From an uncultured Bacilli bacterium (GTDB taxonomy: Bacteria; Bacillota_I; Bacilli_A; RF39; UBA660): a DNA stretch of 64,000 nt. This document shows, in pieces, positions 18,210 through 28,509 of this stretch. Position 1 is the stretch's first letter; each line of letters starts with the position of its first letter. The DNA lies in the NCBI GenBank assembly GCA_934129945.1, contig CAKOXC010000002.1:157664-221663 (forward strand). The letters run 5' to 3'. Under the pieces are notes generated by a model. It was not told the origin of the DNA. It saw only the letters and a program-made list of their open reading frames with translations, and ran no database searches. Made by a program: the position numbers and the translations under genes.

Positions 18210-21200
18210 TTCAACTTTTTCAATTTTAATTAAAGTTTTATGTCCATTTAAATCTACTGATTCTTCTAGATTTTCATCCTTTATAACTTCTACAGAAAGA
18301 GTTTCCTTTTTAATAAAATCTGCAAAAGTTTCAATTGCTTTATTAACTCTATCATCACCAAAATAATATAATTTTATTCTATTTTCAATTTCAAGTCCAG
18401 AAGTTTTTCTTAAATTTTGAACTTTAGAGACTAATTCTCTTGCAAGTCCTTCTAAAATTAATTCTTCAGTTAATTCAGTATTTAAAATAATAAATTTATT
18501 ATTTTGCATTCCAACATTGAAACCTTCTTTAGATTCGATTCTAACATCTACCATATCTGGAGTAATATCAAGTCTTCCACCATCAAAATCTACAGTAACA
18601 GTTTCATTTTTTAATATTAAATCAATATCTTCATCAGTTAAATCTTTTAATACCTCTTGGTAATCTCTCATTTTAGCCCCAAACATGGCTCCACAAACTT
18701 TGAAATTAGGTTTAATTGTAAAATTCATATATTTAGATAAATCATCAACGAATGTTACTTTCTTAACATTTAACTCTTCAATAATCAAGTTAACTAAGTT
18801 ACCAAGAATACTTTCATATTTACCATCTATTAAACATTCACCAAGTGGTTGTCTAACTTTTACTTTATTTTCTTCACGAACAAAACGACCAGTAGATATT
18901 AAATCTCTTACTAAATCCATTTTTACTTCTATTTCTTCATTTACATGATTTTCATTATAAACTGGGAAATCACATAAATGAACTGATTCTTCTGAAGTTA
19001 AATCCTTGTAGATTTCTTCAGTAGTGTATGGAATAATTGGAGCACATAATTTACATAAACCACATAATACTTCATAAGTAGTAATATAAACTGATTTTTT
19101 AGAATTATCTAACTCGCTGCTCCAGAATCTATTTCTATTACGTCTTATGTACCAATTAGATAAGTCTTCTGAAACAAATGAAGTTATACTTTTTACGGCT
19201 TCATTTAAGTCATATTTATCATAACTTTCTGTAACACTTTTAACTAATTTATTATATTTAGATAATAACCATTTATCTATTTCTTCACGGTTTTCATAAT
19301 CTACAAAACATTTATCAGTATCTATTCCATCAATGTTAGCATACATTTGGAAGAATGAATAAGTATTTCTTAGTGGATTAAAGAATTTTGAATGAACCTC
19401 TTTTAAACCATCTTCATCAAATTTAAGTGGTGTCCAAGTTGGAGATACATATGCTAAATACCATCTAACTGTATCAGCGCCATATTTATGCATGATTGTA
19501 AATGGTTCAACAGCATTTCCTTTACTCTTATGCATTTTTTGACCATTCTTATCAAGTAATAACTCATTAACTAAAACATTTTTATATGGAGATTTTCCTG
19601 TTACGAATGTTCCAATTACTAAAAGTGAATAAAACCATCCACGAGTTTGATCTATACCTTCAGCTATAAAATCTGCTGGATATTGACTTTCCCATAATTC
19701 CTTATTTTCAAATGGATAATGGTATTGACTAAATGGCATAGAACCTGAATCAAACCAACAATCTATTACTTCTTTTGTTCTATTCATTGTTTTACCACAA
19801 CTTGGGCATTTAATATGAATATCATCAACAAATGGGCGATGTAAATCAATAGTTTTTTCATCAACTTCTTCAATAGCTTTTTCTTTTAATTCTTGACGTG
19901 ATCCAATCATTTCCATATGACCACATTCACATCTCCATAAAGGAAGTGGTGTTCCCCAATATCTATTTCTAGAAATAGCCCAATCATTCATATTTGAAAG
20001 CCAGTTTCCAAAACGTTTTTCACCAACAAAAGATGGATACCAATTTACTTTATTATTTTCTTCTATTATTTTATCTTTTAATTTAGTTACTTCAAGATAA
20101 TATGATGGTCTTGAATAGTAAACAAGCGGTGAATCACATCTCCAACAATGAGGATAATCATGTTTGATTTTTTGTTTTTTAAATAATTTGTCATTTTCTT
20201 TTAACCATTTAATTACATCTAAATCAGCATCAAATATATATTGTCCTTTCCATGGGCCTTCAGTATATCTTGCATCTTCACCAACTGGATTAACATATGG
20301 TAATTTATATTTTTTACCAACATTTGCATCATCTTCACCAAATGCTGGTGCAATATGAACTATACCAGTTCCATCAGTCATTGTTACATAAGTATCACAA
20401 GTAACAAAGAAAGCTTTACCATTAATATTAATATCACTTGGAATTAATTGTTCATATTCAACAAATTCTAAATCTTTACCCGTATATTTTTCAATTACTT
20501 TATAATCTTCACCTAATACTTTATCAGCTAGAGCGCTTGCTAAAATAAATTTATAACCTTTAGATTCAACTTTTATATATTCTTCATTTGGATTAACACA
20601 TAGTGCAACATTTGAAACAAGTGTCCATGGAGTTGTAGTCCATACGAGAAAATATTCGTCTTTATCTTTTAACTTAAATGGAACTATTACAGTATTTGCA
20701 TCAACACTTTTATATCCTTGAGCAACTTCATGAGAAGCAAGTCCTGTTCCACATCTTGGACACCAAGGCATAATTTTTACTCCTTCATAAAATAAATTTT
20801 CATCAAAGAATTTTTTTAAAATCCACCATTCTGTTTCAATATAATCATTATCATAAGTAATATATCTATTATCAAGATCTATAAATTGACCCATTTCATC
20901 AGTAAGATTTCTAAAAGCAGTCTCATTATCCCATACTGTTTCTTTACATAATTTATTAAATTCTTTTATACCATATTTTTCAATATCAGCTTTACCAGTA
21001 AATCCTAATTTTTTTTCAACATTAACCTCAACTGGAAGACCATGAGTATCCCAACCTACTTTTCTTAAGACCTTTTTACCTTTCATTGTTTGATATTTAC
21101 AAAAAGAATCTTTTAAAAATTTAGCTACCATGTGATGAAGTCCTGGCATTCCATTAGCTGTTGCTGGTCCATCATAAAATACCCAATTTTCATCATTTTT

Positions 21201-21308
21201 TCTATTATCAATAGTTTTATTTAAAATATCTTGTTTTTTCCACGTAGCTAAAATATCTTTTTCTACTTCATGAACATCTCTTTTGTCTAATTCTTTAAAA
21301 TTTTTCAT
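18204..21308 (-). CDS. ileS: isoleucyl-tRNA synthetase, long (type-2-like) form
   Basis: WDTHGLPVE, KMHKSKGN (KMSKS) and GPATANGMPGLHH (HIGH region). About 1034 aa from the ATG at 21308, which has a GAGGAGG SD. The ORF-track N-terminal extension to 21365 runs into the T-box terminator. Confidence 0.92.
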   Translation of the reverse strand: MKNFKELDKRDVHEVEKDILATWKKQDILNKTIDNRKNDENWVFYDGPATANGMPGLHHMVAKFLKDSFCKYQTMKGKKVLRKVGWDTHGLPVEVNVEKKLGFTGKADIEKYGIKEFNKLCKETVWDNETAFRNLTDEMGQFIDLDNRYITYDNDYIETEWWILKKFFDENLFYEGVKIMPWCPRCGTGLASHEVAQGYKSVDANTVIVPFKLKDKDEYFLVWTTTPWTLVSNVALCVNPNEEYIKVESKGYKFILASALADKVLGEDYKVIEKYTGKDLEFVEYEQLIPSDININGKAFFVTCDTYVTMTDGTGIVHIAPAFGEDDANVGKKYKLPYVNPVGEDARYTEGPWKGQYIFDADLDVIKWLKENDKLFKKQKIKHDYPHCWRCDSPLVYYSRPSYYLEVTKLKDKIIEENNKVNWYPSFVGEKRFGNWLSNMNDWAISRNRYWGTPLPLWRCECGHMEMIGSRQELKEKAIEEVDEKTIDLHRPFVDDIHIKCPSCGKTMNRTKEVIDCWFDSGSMPFSQYHYPFENKELWESQYPADFIAEGIDQTRGWFYSLLVIGTFVTGKSPYKNVLVNELLLDKNGQKMHKSKGNAVEPFTIMHKYGADTVRWYLAYVSPTWTPLKFDEDGLKEVHSKFFNPLRNTYSFFQMYANIDGIDTDKCFVDYENREEIDKWLLSKYNKLVKSVTESYDKYDLNEAVKSITSFVSEDLSNWYIRRNRNRFWSSELDNSKKSVYITTYEVLCGLCKLCAPIIPYTTEEIYKDLTSEESVHLCDFPVYNENHVNEEIEVKMDLVRDLISTGRFVREENKVKVRQPLGECLIDGKYESILGNLVNLIIEELNVKKVTFVDDLSKYMNFTIKPNFKVCGAMFGAKMRDYQEVLKDLTDEDIDLILKNETVTVDFDGGRLDITPDMVDVRIESKEGFNVGMQNNKFIILNTELTEELILEGLARELVSKVQNLRKTSGLEIENRIKLYYFGDDRVNKAIETFADFIKKETLSVEVIKDENLEESVDLNGHKTLIKIEKVES

Positions 21309-21534
21309 ACTTTCCTCCTCAAAATAAAACCACAAAACTGCTAAGGAGCAATTCTGCGGTACCATCCTTTATATTTCTTAATTACTTGTAACGTAAGTTA
21401 ACCGAGATTTTTTACTATTATTTCTAAAATCTAACTCCCAAGTGATTTTCATTAAACTGCATTTGTTAATTTTCACCAACCATTAACTCTCTTTAAAAAT
21501 TCATTTAATTACTCTCTTGTTCAACGTTTTTTCA
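21309..21534 (-). promoter_or_regulatory. T-box riboswitch leader, Ile specifier (AUC)
   Basis: The minus strand shows five expected elements:
- stem I GA motif AGAGAGTA
- AGAGA bulge
- GGTTGGTGAAA distal loop
- specifier GAAA-AUC-A (AUC at 21444-21446)
- T-box GGATGGTACCGCAG (21354-21367)
These are followed by terminator CCGCAGAA-loop-TTTTGTGG plus TTTTATTTT (21321-21359). Confidence 0.88.
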
Positions 21535-21540
21535 CTAATT

Positions 21541-21568
21541 ATTATAACTTAATTTAATTTTATGTCAA
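21541..21568 (-). promoter_or_regulatory. promoter of the T-box-ileS transcript
   Basis: TTGACA (21563-21568), 16-nt spacer, TATAAT (21541-21546). Confidence 0.7.
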
Positions 21569-21569
21569 G

Positions 21570-21776
21570 TTAATCCATATTATTTTGATATACTTTTAAA
21601 GCATATTTAAATTCTTCCACACTATCTAATTCTTTTAACTCTTCACGAGATTCATTAGTCTTTCTAATGCAAAAATCATTTACATCATTAACATTAGTTA
21701 AATAAACATAAACTACACTACCATCTTGGATTTCTTTAGTAATAAAATATTTAATATTATCTTCAAGTTCTATCAT
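21570..21776 (-). CDS. hypothetical small protein
   Basis: 68 aa from the ATG at 21776 (MIELEDNIKYF). That ATG lies 1 nt after the upstream stop and has a GGAAGGA SD. No motif recognised. Confidence 0.55.
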   Translation of the reverse strand: MIELEDNIKYFITKEIQDGSVVYVYLTNVNDVNDFCIRKTNESREELKELDSVEEFKYALKVYQNNMD

Positions 21777-21777
21777 A

Positions 21778-22314
21778 TTACATTGTCCTTCCATTATTAC
21801 TGCTTTTTAATATTTGATCTTTGCAATAATTTTTCCATTCATCAACTGAATTAAATCCACGATCAGTTATATATTCTTCTAAATTCTTGTAAGATTTGTC
21901 TTCTATGAATGCAAGTGATTGAAATAAATCAGAATTTTCAGAAGCTTTATGCGACATAATGAAAGATAATAATTTTGCATCTCTTTCATCACCGCTTTTT
22001 AAAATATCATTAGCTATATCAAAATAATCGATTGCATAATCACTATTATTATTAACACGATATATTTCTCCATTATCAGCCCAAGTTTTATTAATATCAC
22101 CTTGATATTCTACTACAGCTTTAGTTTCTTTAACATTTTCAATTAACTTAGAAGAAGCAATTCCAGCAATTATTAAGCTTGCAGTAACACCAAAAGAAGC
22201 AACAGCTACCTTAGCAGGATCTAACCTAACAATTTGTCCTTTATATTTTATAGGAATTCCTTTTCTTGTACTTTTTCTTTTTGCATTTTCTACTATTTCA
22301 TTAACATCTTTCAT
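21778..22314 (-). CDS. hypothetical single-pass membrane protein
   Basis: 178-aa ORF with a basic N-terminus and TM segment VAVASFGVTASLIIAGIASS. Confidence 0.65.
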   Translation of the reverse strand: MKDVNEIVENAKRKSTRKGIPIKYKGQIVRLDPAKVAVASFGVTASLIIAGIASSKLIENVKETKAVVEYQGDINKTWADNGEIYRVNNNSDYAIDYFDIANDILKSGDERDAKLLSFIMSHKASENSDLFQSLAFIEDKSYKNLEEYITDRGFNSVDEWKNYCKDQILKSSNNGRTM

Positions 22315-22448
22315 ACTCTCACCTATCTTATATACATTATACTATTAATAAAATTATTTTTCTACTATAAATTTGGTTTACACTTATTTTGAATAATTTT
22401 TTATAGTTTTAAATTTTAATGATATAATTATTAGTAGGATGTGATAAT

Positions 22449-23810
22449 ATGAATAAAATTATTTTTAGAGAATATGATATACGTGGTAAATACCCTGACG
22501 ATTTAGACGATAGTTCTGCTTACACTATTGGTAGAAGTTATGGAAGTTACATTCGCGAAAAATACAATATTGATACTTGTGTTGTTGGACATGATAATAG
22601 AATATCTTCTAATAGTTTAACAAAGAATTTAATTAAAGGAATTAAGGATTCTGGATCTAATGTTATGTATTATGGATTAATTACTACTCCAATGCATTAT
22701 TTTTCTAGAAAAATCAATAAATTTCCTGGTATTATGGTTACTGCAAGTCATAACCCTAAAGACGATAACGGTTTTAAATTCTCTTTTGATTATAACGTTA
22801 ATGCTCGTGGAGATATGATTCGTGATTTTAAAGATTATACTTTAAAAGGTGAATTTTTAAGTGGACATGGTGAAGAAGTTTTAATGGATGTTAAAGATGA
22901 ATATTTAGCATTTATGAAAAAAAATATCTTCATGGGAGAAAGAAAAATTAAAGTTATTTTTGATCCAGGAAATGGTACAACAGCAACTATCATTAAAGAT
23001 ATTATTGAATTATTTGATAATATAATTCCTATTTATATAAATGATATTAGTGATGGAACATTTCCAAATCATCACCCAGATCCAGCAGTTGAAGAAAATA
23101 TGGAACAACTAAAGAAAGCTGTAAAAGAAAACAAGGCTGATGTTGGTATTGCTTTTGATGGTGATGGTGATAGAATTGGTATCATTGATGAAAAAGGTAA
23201 TTACATTCCTACTGATAAGTTTATGATAATAATTATTAGGAGTTTAATTAAAACTAGTGAATGTAAAAAATATTTATATGATGTTAAATGTTCAAAATCT
23301 TTAGAAGATGAAATAAAAAAATTAGGTGGAGAACCTTTTTGTTACCGTACTGGTGCTAGTTTTACAGAATATGGAGTTTTGAGTAATAATCTTGAATTTG
23401 GTGGAGAATTTTCAGGACATGTTTTCTTTAATGATCGTGGTTTAGAATTTGGAAGTGCTATTTATGCTGCTCTAAGACTAATCGAAATATTATCTAATTG
23501 TAATTTATCAGTAAGTGATACTTTAAAAGGAATAAATATTTATCATTCAACTCCCGAAATCAAAGTTCCAATTGAAGAAGAAAAAAAAGAATATGTAGTT
23601 AACAAAATAAAAGAATATTGTATTAGTAATGACTATAATATAAATGATATTGATGGTGTAAGAGTTACATTTGACAATGGTTGGGCTTTAGTTCGTGCTA
23701 GCAATACTGGTCCTAACTTAACAATAAGATTTGAAGCAAAAGATACTTCTACGTTAAATAAAATACAAAGTGAATTTACTGATTTAATTGATAAATATAT
23801 AGCTGAATAA
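22449..23810 (+). CDS. alpha-D-phosphohexomutase (phosphomannomutase/phosphoglucomutase type)
   Basis: TASHNPKDDNGFKF catalytic Ser loop, FDGDGDR metal site and N-terminal FREYDIRG. These match the PMM/PGM pattern rather than the GlmM pattern. Confidence 0.88.
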   Translation: MNKIIFREYDIRGKYPDDLDDSSAYTIGRSYGSYIREKYNIDTCVVGHDNRISSNSLTKNLIKGIKDSGSNVMYYGLITTPMHYFSRKINKFPGIMVTASHNPKDDNGFKFSFDYNVNARGDMIRDFKDYTLKGEFLSGHGEEVLMDVKDEYLAFMKKNIFMGERKIKVIFDPGNGTTATIIKDIIELFDNIIPIYINDISDGTFPNHHPDPAVEENMEQLKKAVKENKADVGIAFDGDGDRIGIIDEKGNYIPTDKFMIIIIRSLIKTSECKKYLYDVKCSKSLEDEIKKLGGEPFCYRTGASFTEYGVLSNNLEFGGEFSGHVFFNDRGLEFGSAIYAALRLIEILSNCNLSVSDTLKGINIYHSTPEIKVPIEEEKKEYVVNKIKEYCISNDYNINDIDGVRVTFDNGWALVRASNTGPNLTIRFEAKDTSTLNKIQSEFTDLIDKYIAE

Positions 23811-23831
23811 GAGTTTTATAACTCTTTTTTT
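23810..23831 (+). terminator. intrinsic terminator of the phosphohexomutase gene
   Basis: AGAGTT-ttat-AACTCT followed by a T7 run, directly after the stop. Confidence 0.7.
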
Positions 23832-23838
23832 ATACATT

Positions 23839-23864
23839 AAAAAACCAAGATTAAATCCTGGCTT
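23839..23864 (-). terminator. intrinsic terminator after paralog B1
   Basis: Minus strand has CCAGGA-tttaa-TCTTGG (one G-U pair) followed by TTTTTT. Confidence 0.55.
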
Positions 23865-23879
23865 ATTGCTTACTTTTAA

Positions 23880-24752
23880 TTATTCAATATCTTTTAATTC
23901 ATTATTTTCTACTATGTATTCTCCGTCTCCATTAAGAGTAACAAAAACATGTAATTTTTCATTTTTATCAATATATGGAGAATGTATACTAGATAAATCA
24001 ATACCATCTTCTTCATCAACTTTTATATTAGATTTTAGATCGTTTATATTTTGATAATTATATTTTGCAAGTATATCATATTCACTTACTTCTAATCCAG
24101 TTTCTTTGTCTATATATTTTATTTTATCTATATTGTAACCACTACCAGCACAATTAGCTAAACTTAATTTTTTAAATATTACAGAAATATAGTTTGATGA
24201 TTCTATTGTTAAAACCTCATTCCAATAAAATCCCATATTATATTTTGGAGCATTATCTACTATTAATTTAATTCCATATAATGAATGGGAATTGTCACCT
24301 TTTTTTATATTTTCTTTTCCTTTATTTATATAATCTTTTATTTCTTTATTTAATTTATTAACAGTATCATTATCAATATTAATTGTTGGATAGTTTAAAA
24401 TTATGTTAGCGTTATTATCAATTATTGAAACATCCTTTTTATAACCTTCAATTTCAGTTTTACTATTTTCTGGATTTAATTTTATCCAATTTTCAAATTC
24501 TTCTATAGTTTCAAAACAATAATCTTCATTTACAACAGCAACTAATTTACCAATTGTTTCAGTATTTGAATAAATTAAGTCTTTGGAATCATCCAATTTT
24601 TTTAATTCATTTACAGAATTATTTTTATCATCATTTACTTTTTCTGTTGGTGTTTTATTTTCTTTTTTATATGTTAAATAATCATATCCTATATAGCCAC
24701 CTAACCCTATTACTAGTAAAAGTAAAACAACTATTATTACATTTTTTTTCAT
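23880..24752 (-). CDS. signal-anchored surface protein, tandem paralog B1; DUF4163/DUF3298 (RsiV/PdaC-like) fold suspected
   Basis: 290 aa with anchor MKKNVIIVVLLLLVIGLGGYIGYDY. NANIILNYPTINIDNDTVNKLNKEIKDYI resembles the DUF4163 signature. The termini are near-identical to the next gene. Confidence 0.8.
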   Translation of the reverse strand: MKKNVIIVVLLLLVIGLGGYIGYDYLTYKKENKTPTEKVNDDKNNSVNELKKLDDSKDLIYSNTETIGKLVAVVNEDYCFETIEEFENWIKLNPENSKTEIEGYKKDVSIIDNNANIILNYPTINIDNDTVNKLNKEIKDYINKGKENIKKGDNSHSLYGIKLIVDNAPKYNMGFYWNEVLTIESSNYISVIFKKLSLANCAGSGYNIDKIKYIDKETGLEVSEYDILAKYNYQNINDLKSNIKVDEEDGIDLSSIHSPYIDKNEKLHVFVTLNGDGEYIVENNELKDIE

Positions 24753-24770
24753 ATCACACTTTCCTCTTTT

Positions 24771-25649
24771 CTATCCTTCATACAATTCTATTTCATTATT
24801 TTCTACCATATATTCTTTGTCTCCATTAAGAGTAACAAAAACATGTAATTTTTCATTTTTATCAATATATGGAGAATGTATACTAGATAAATCAATACCA
24901 TCTTCTTCATCAACTTTTATATTAGATTTTAGATCGTTTATATTTTGATAATTATATTTTGCAAGTATATCATATTCACTTACTTCTAATCCAGTTATTT
25001 TATCAATGTATCGAACTTTCTCAATAGTGTTTCCACTAGAGCCACAAGGAAATAATGAAAAATTTTTAAAAATTATAGAAAGATATTTTTGAGATTCTAT
25101 TATAGAAACTTCGTTCCAATTGAAACTATCATTATATTTTATATTATTACCTACTGTATATTTTAATCCTAAAGCTTTTAAATATGTATTTTTTGCTTCA
25201 GTAATATTTTGTTTTCCTACATTTATATAATTCTTTATTTCATTATTTATTTTTTTTACACTATCATTGTTAATATTAATTGTCGGATAAATTAATTCAA
25301 TATTAGCATTTTCATTAATAAGTGACGATTTTTTATATTCATTAACCATCATTAAACTTTCATTAGTGTTTATATCATCTTTTAGCCAATTTTCAAAATC
25401 TTCCTTTGATTCTGCACATGATTCATCTTTTACGGCAAGCAATTTACCAATTGTTTCTGTATTTGAATAAATTAAGTCTTTCGAATCATCCAATTTTTTT
25501 AATTCATTTACAGAATTATTTTTATCATCATTTACTTTTTCTGTTGATGCTTTATTTTCTTTTTTATATGTTAAATAATCATATCCTATATAGCCGCCTA
25601 ACCCTATTACTAGTAAAAGTAAAACAACTATTATTATATTTTTTTTCAT
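24771..25649 (-). CDS. signal-anchored surface protein, tandem paralog B2
   Basis: 292 aa. The first ~70 and last ~65 residues are almost identical to B1 while the central part has diverged. Its own promoter is TTGAAA-17-TAATAT upstream. Confidence 0.8.
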   Translation of the reverse strand: MKKNIIIVVLLLLVIGLGGYIGYDYLTYKKENKASTEKVNDDKNNSVNELKKLDDSKDLIYSNTETIGKLLAVKDESCAESKEDFENWLKDDINTNESLMMVNEYKKSSLINENANIELIYPTININNDSVKKINNEIKNYINVGKQNITEAKNTYLKALGLKYTVGNNIKYNDSFNWNEVSIIESQKYLSIIFKNFSLFPCGSSGNTIEKVRYIDKITGLEVSEYDILAKYNYQNINDLKSNIKVDEEDGIDLSSIHSPYIDKNEKLHVFVTLNGDKEYMVENNEIELYEG

Positions 25650-25733
25650 ATCACACTTTCCTCTTTTCTTACTATCATATTACAATACAGAATTACTTTT
25701 TTCAAGTTTAGATAAAATTATTTTTTGTAAACT

Positions 25734-27320
25734 TTACAAATTATTATATTTATCAGCTATCTTTTCAAAAACTTTTATTCCATCAATAGCCGCTGATGTT
25801 ATGCCACCTGCATAACCAGCTCCTTCACCGCAAGGATAAATTCCTTTAATATTAGATTCTAAATTATCATCTCTAACTATTCTTACAGGTGATGATGTTC
25901 TTGATTCTACTGCAGCAATTATAGCATCATCATTATTAAAATTTTTGATTTTAGTGCCAAAATATTCAATTGCTTCAGTTAGTGATTCATTAATATATAC
26001 TGGAAATATTTTGTTAATATTAGCAAAGTTATAATTTCCTTTAAACACTGGTTTTACACTCTTAAAACCAGTAGATTTAACATTATCTTTATAATCTTTA
26101 TAAAGTTGAACAGGTATTAAGCCTTCACCTATTTTATAAGCATTTGATTCTAATTCTTCTTGAAATTTCAAACCACTAAATAACGCATCACCATAATCTT
26201 TTTCGGTCACTGTTACAATAATTGCACTATTAGCATTACTACTCTCTCTTTTAAAATTACTCATTCCATTTATAGCAAGCTTTTCATTTTCTGAAGAAGA
26301 GTTTACAACATATCCACCAGGGCACATGCAAAAAGAATAAACTCCTCTTTTATTTTTTGTTTGATAAGTTAATTTATAAGATGCTGGAGGTAATTTTTTA
26401 TAATTATCTTTGTATTGCAAATAACTAATATCTTTTTGATTATGTGAGATTCTTATTCCAACCGCAAATGGTTTATTTTGCATTTCTATTTTATTTTTAT
26501 TAAGCATTTTAAAAGTATCGCGAGCACTATGACCAATAGCTAAAATAGCAATATCACATTTTATTATTTCACTATTATTAAGTTCTAAAGCTTCTAGCTC
26601 ATTATTCTTTACAATAATATCTGTTACGGTTGTATCAAATTTAAATTCTCCACCCATTTTTATAATATTATTACGAATATTCTTAACCATTTTTCTTAAA
26701 ATATCTGTACCAATATGAGGATGAGAATCATATAAAATCTCTTCTGGCGCTCCATTTTCTACGAATGTTTCAAAAATAAATTTTTGGCGATAATATTTAT
26801 CTTTTACTAAAGTGTTTAACTTTCCATCAGAAAAAGTCCCGGCTCCACCTTCTCCAAATTGAACATTACTTTTAGGATTTAAAATGTTATCATTCCAAAA
26901 TTTTTCTACATCTGCAATTCTTTTATCAACCATACTACCCCTTTCGATAATAAGTGGTTTATATCCAAATTTTGCAAGCATATAACTACATATCATACCG
27001 GCTGGCCCAAAGCCAATCACTACTGGGCGGGAATTTAATTTCTTAGTTCCTGTAACTTTATAAGTATATTTTTCAAATGGAGTTTTAAATACATCGGAAT
27101 TACTAATTTTCTTTAAAATTTTTTCTTCATTATTAACTTTTACATCAAGTTCATAAACATATTCTATATCATCTTTTTTTCTAGCGTCTATTGATCTTTT
27201 AGAAATTTTATAATCAAGTACACAAGTTTCATTAATTCTTAACTTTTTAGCAATTTTTTTCGTAATCTCTAATTTGTTATCTTTATCGATATTTATTTTA
27301 ATTTGTCTTAGTCTTATCAT
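25734..27320 (-). CDS. FAD-dependent protein of the COG2509 family (uncharacterised dehydrogenase)
   Basis: GFGPAGM dinucleotide-binding motif, FGEGGAGTFSDGKL, and C-terminal CGEGAGYAGGI. Confidence 0.8.
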   Translation of the reverse strand: MIRLRQIKINIDKDNKLEITKKIAKKLRINETCVLDYKISKRSIDARKKDDIEYVYELDVKVNNEEKILKKISNSDVFKTPFEKYTYKVTGTKKLNSRPVVIGFGPAGMICSYMLAKFGYKPLIIERGSMVDKRIADVEKFWNDNILNPKSNVQFGEGGAGTFSDGKLNTLVKDKYYRQKFIFETFVENGAPEEILYDSHPHIGTDILRKMVKNIRNNIIKMGGEFKFDTTVTDIIVKNNELEALELNNSEIIKCDIAILAIGHSARDTFKMLNKNKIEMQNKPFAVGIRISHNQKDISYLQYKDNYKKLPPASYKLTYQTKNKRGVYSFCMCPGGYVVNSSSENEKLAINGMSNFKRESSNANSAIIVTVTEKDYGDALFSGLKFQEELESNAYKIGEGLIPVQLYKDYKDNVKSTGFKSVKPVFKGNYNFANINKIFPVYINESLTEAIEYFGTKIKNFNNDDAIIAAVESRTSSPVRIVRDDNLESNIKGIYPCGEGAGYAGGITSAAIDGIKVFEKIADKYNNL

Positions 27321-28509
27321 TTATATATTCTCCTACTCTAAGAGCACTAAGCCATGCAAACATTAAATTATATCCACCACAATCACCATTGACATCTAAA
27401 ATTTCTCCGGTAAAAAATAGATTATTTATAATTTTAGATTCAAAGTTTGAAGTAACATCTTGTAAAGAAATTCCTCCAACTGTAATTTGAGCACTGGAAA
27501 ATCCTTTAGTTTTAGTAATATTAACTTGATAATTTGTAATATTATCACATAGTTTTTTTATTCTTTCTTCTGTTAAGTCAGTTAAATATTCATTCTCTTC
27601 AATTTTAGACTTTCTTAGAATTAATTTAATTAGTTTATAATTTATTATTCCTTCAAGCAACTGGATAATATTTCTATTATTTAGTTTTTCACTTCTTTTT
27701 GTTAGCCAGTAGAATACATCACTTACTTCTGGTAAAAAGTTTATCCCTATTACTTCTTTTTTTCCATTATCAAGTCCTTTAGAAACAATTGAACTTAATT
27801 GCATTACACAAATTCCACTAATTCCATAATCTGTTATTTGAAGTTCACCAATCTCATTTTTAATTTTTATATTATCTTCATATAAAGTTAATTCTACTTT
27901 AGTACGAACTCCACTTGCATTTTTTATTTTATCATCTGATTCTAACTGAACAAGACCAGGAAGAGGTTTAATAATTTTATGACCTAATTTTTTGATTATT
28001 TCTAAGCATTTTCCATCACTTCCTGTATTTTCATAAGAACATCCACCTGTTGCTACTATAACATAATCAGCTTCATATTTAATACCATCAGAAGTATAAA
28101 CTTTAAATATTTCATTATCTTTTTTTATATCAATAACATTTGTATTATAAATTATATTTACTCCTCTTAAATCTGCTTCTAATTCTAAAATATTTCTAAA
28201 ACTTATAGCTTCTTTTGATTTTGGATAATAATATCCATCTTTAATTTCTGGCTCGATACCAATTGTATCAAAAAATACTTTTATATTATCAAAATCATTT
28301 TCTCTTATAAAACTATTTAAATTATCTGATGAACTATGATAATTTAAAATACTATGTTTATCATTAAAATAATTGCATCTGCCATTACCAGTTATTAATA
28401 ATTTTTTTCCACTTACATTATTTTTTTCAAGTATAGTAACTTCATTATTACTTAGCTTAATTGCTGCTAGAAGTCCACTTGCTCCAGCTCCAATTACGAT
28501 TATTTTCAT
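27298..28509 (-). CDS. HI0933/BaiN-like NAD(P)/FAD-dependent oxidoreductase
   Basis: IVIGAGASGLLAA, GNGRCNYFN, and C-terminal GEILDVNGDCGGYNL. Confidence 0.82.
   Translation of the reverse strand: MKIIVIGAGASGLLAAIKLSNNEVTILEKNNVSGKKLLITGNGRCNYFNDKHSILNYHSSSDNLNSFIRENDFDNIKVFFDTIGIEPEIKDGYYYPKSKEAISFRNILELEADLRGVNIIYNTNVIDIKKDNEIFKVYTSDGIKYEADYVIVATGGCSYENTGSDGKCLEIIKKLGHKIIKPLPGLVQLESDDKIKNASGVRTKVELTLYEDNIKIKNEIGELQITDYGISGICVMQLSSIVSKGLDNGKKEVIGINFLPEVSDVFYWLTKRSEKLNNRNIIQLLEGIINYKLIKLILRKSKIEENEYLTDLTEERIKKLCDNITNYQVNITKTKGFSSAQITVGGISLQDVTSNFESKIINNLFFTGEILDVNGDCGGYNLMFAWLSALRVGEYINDKTKTN

Noticed and set aside
24554-25711. Plus-strand ORFs (91 and 101 aa) antisense to the B paralogs, duplicated like their hosts
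   Set aside because: Their duplication simply mirrors the duplicated 5' ends of the minus-strand genes. The sequences are low-complexity L/F/Y/H-rich.
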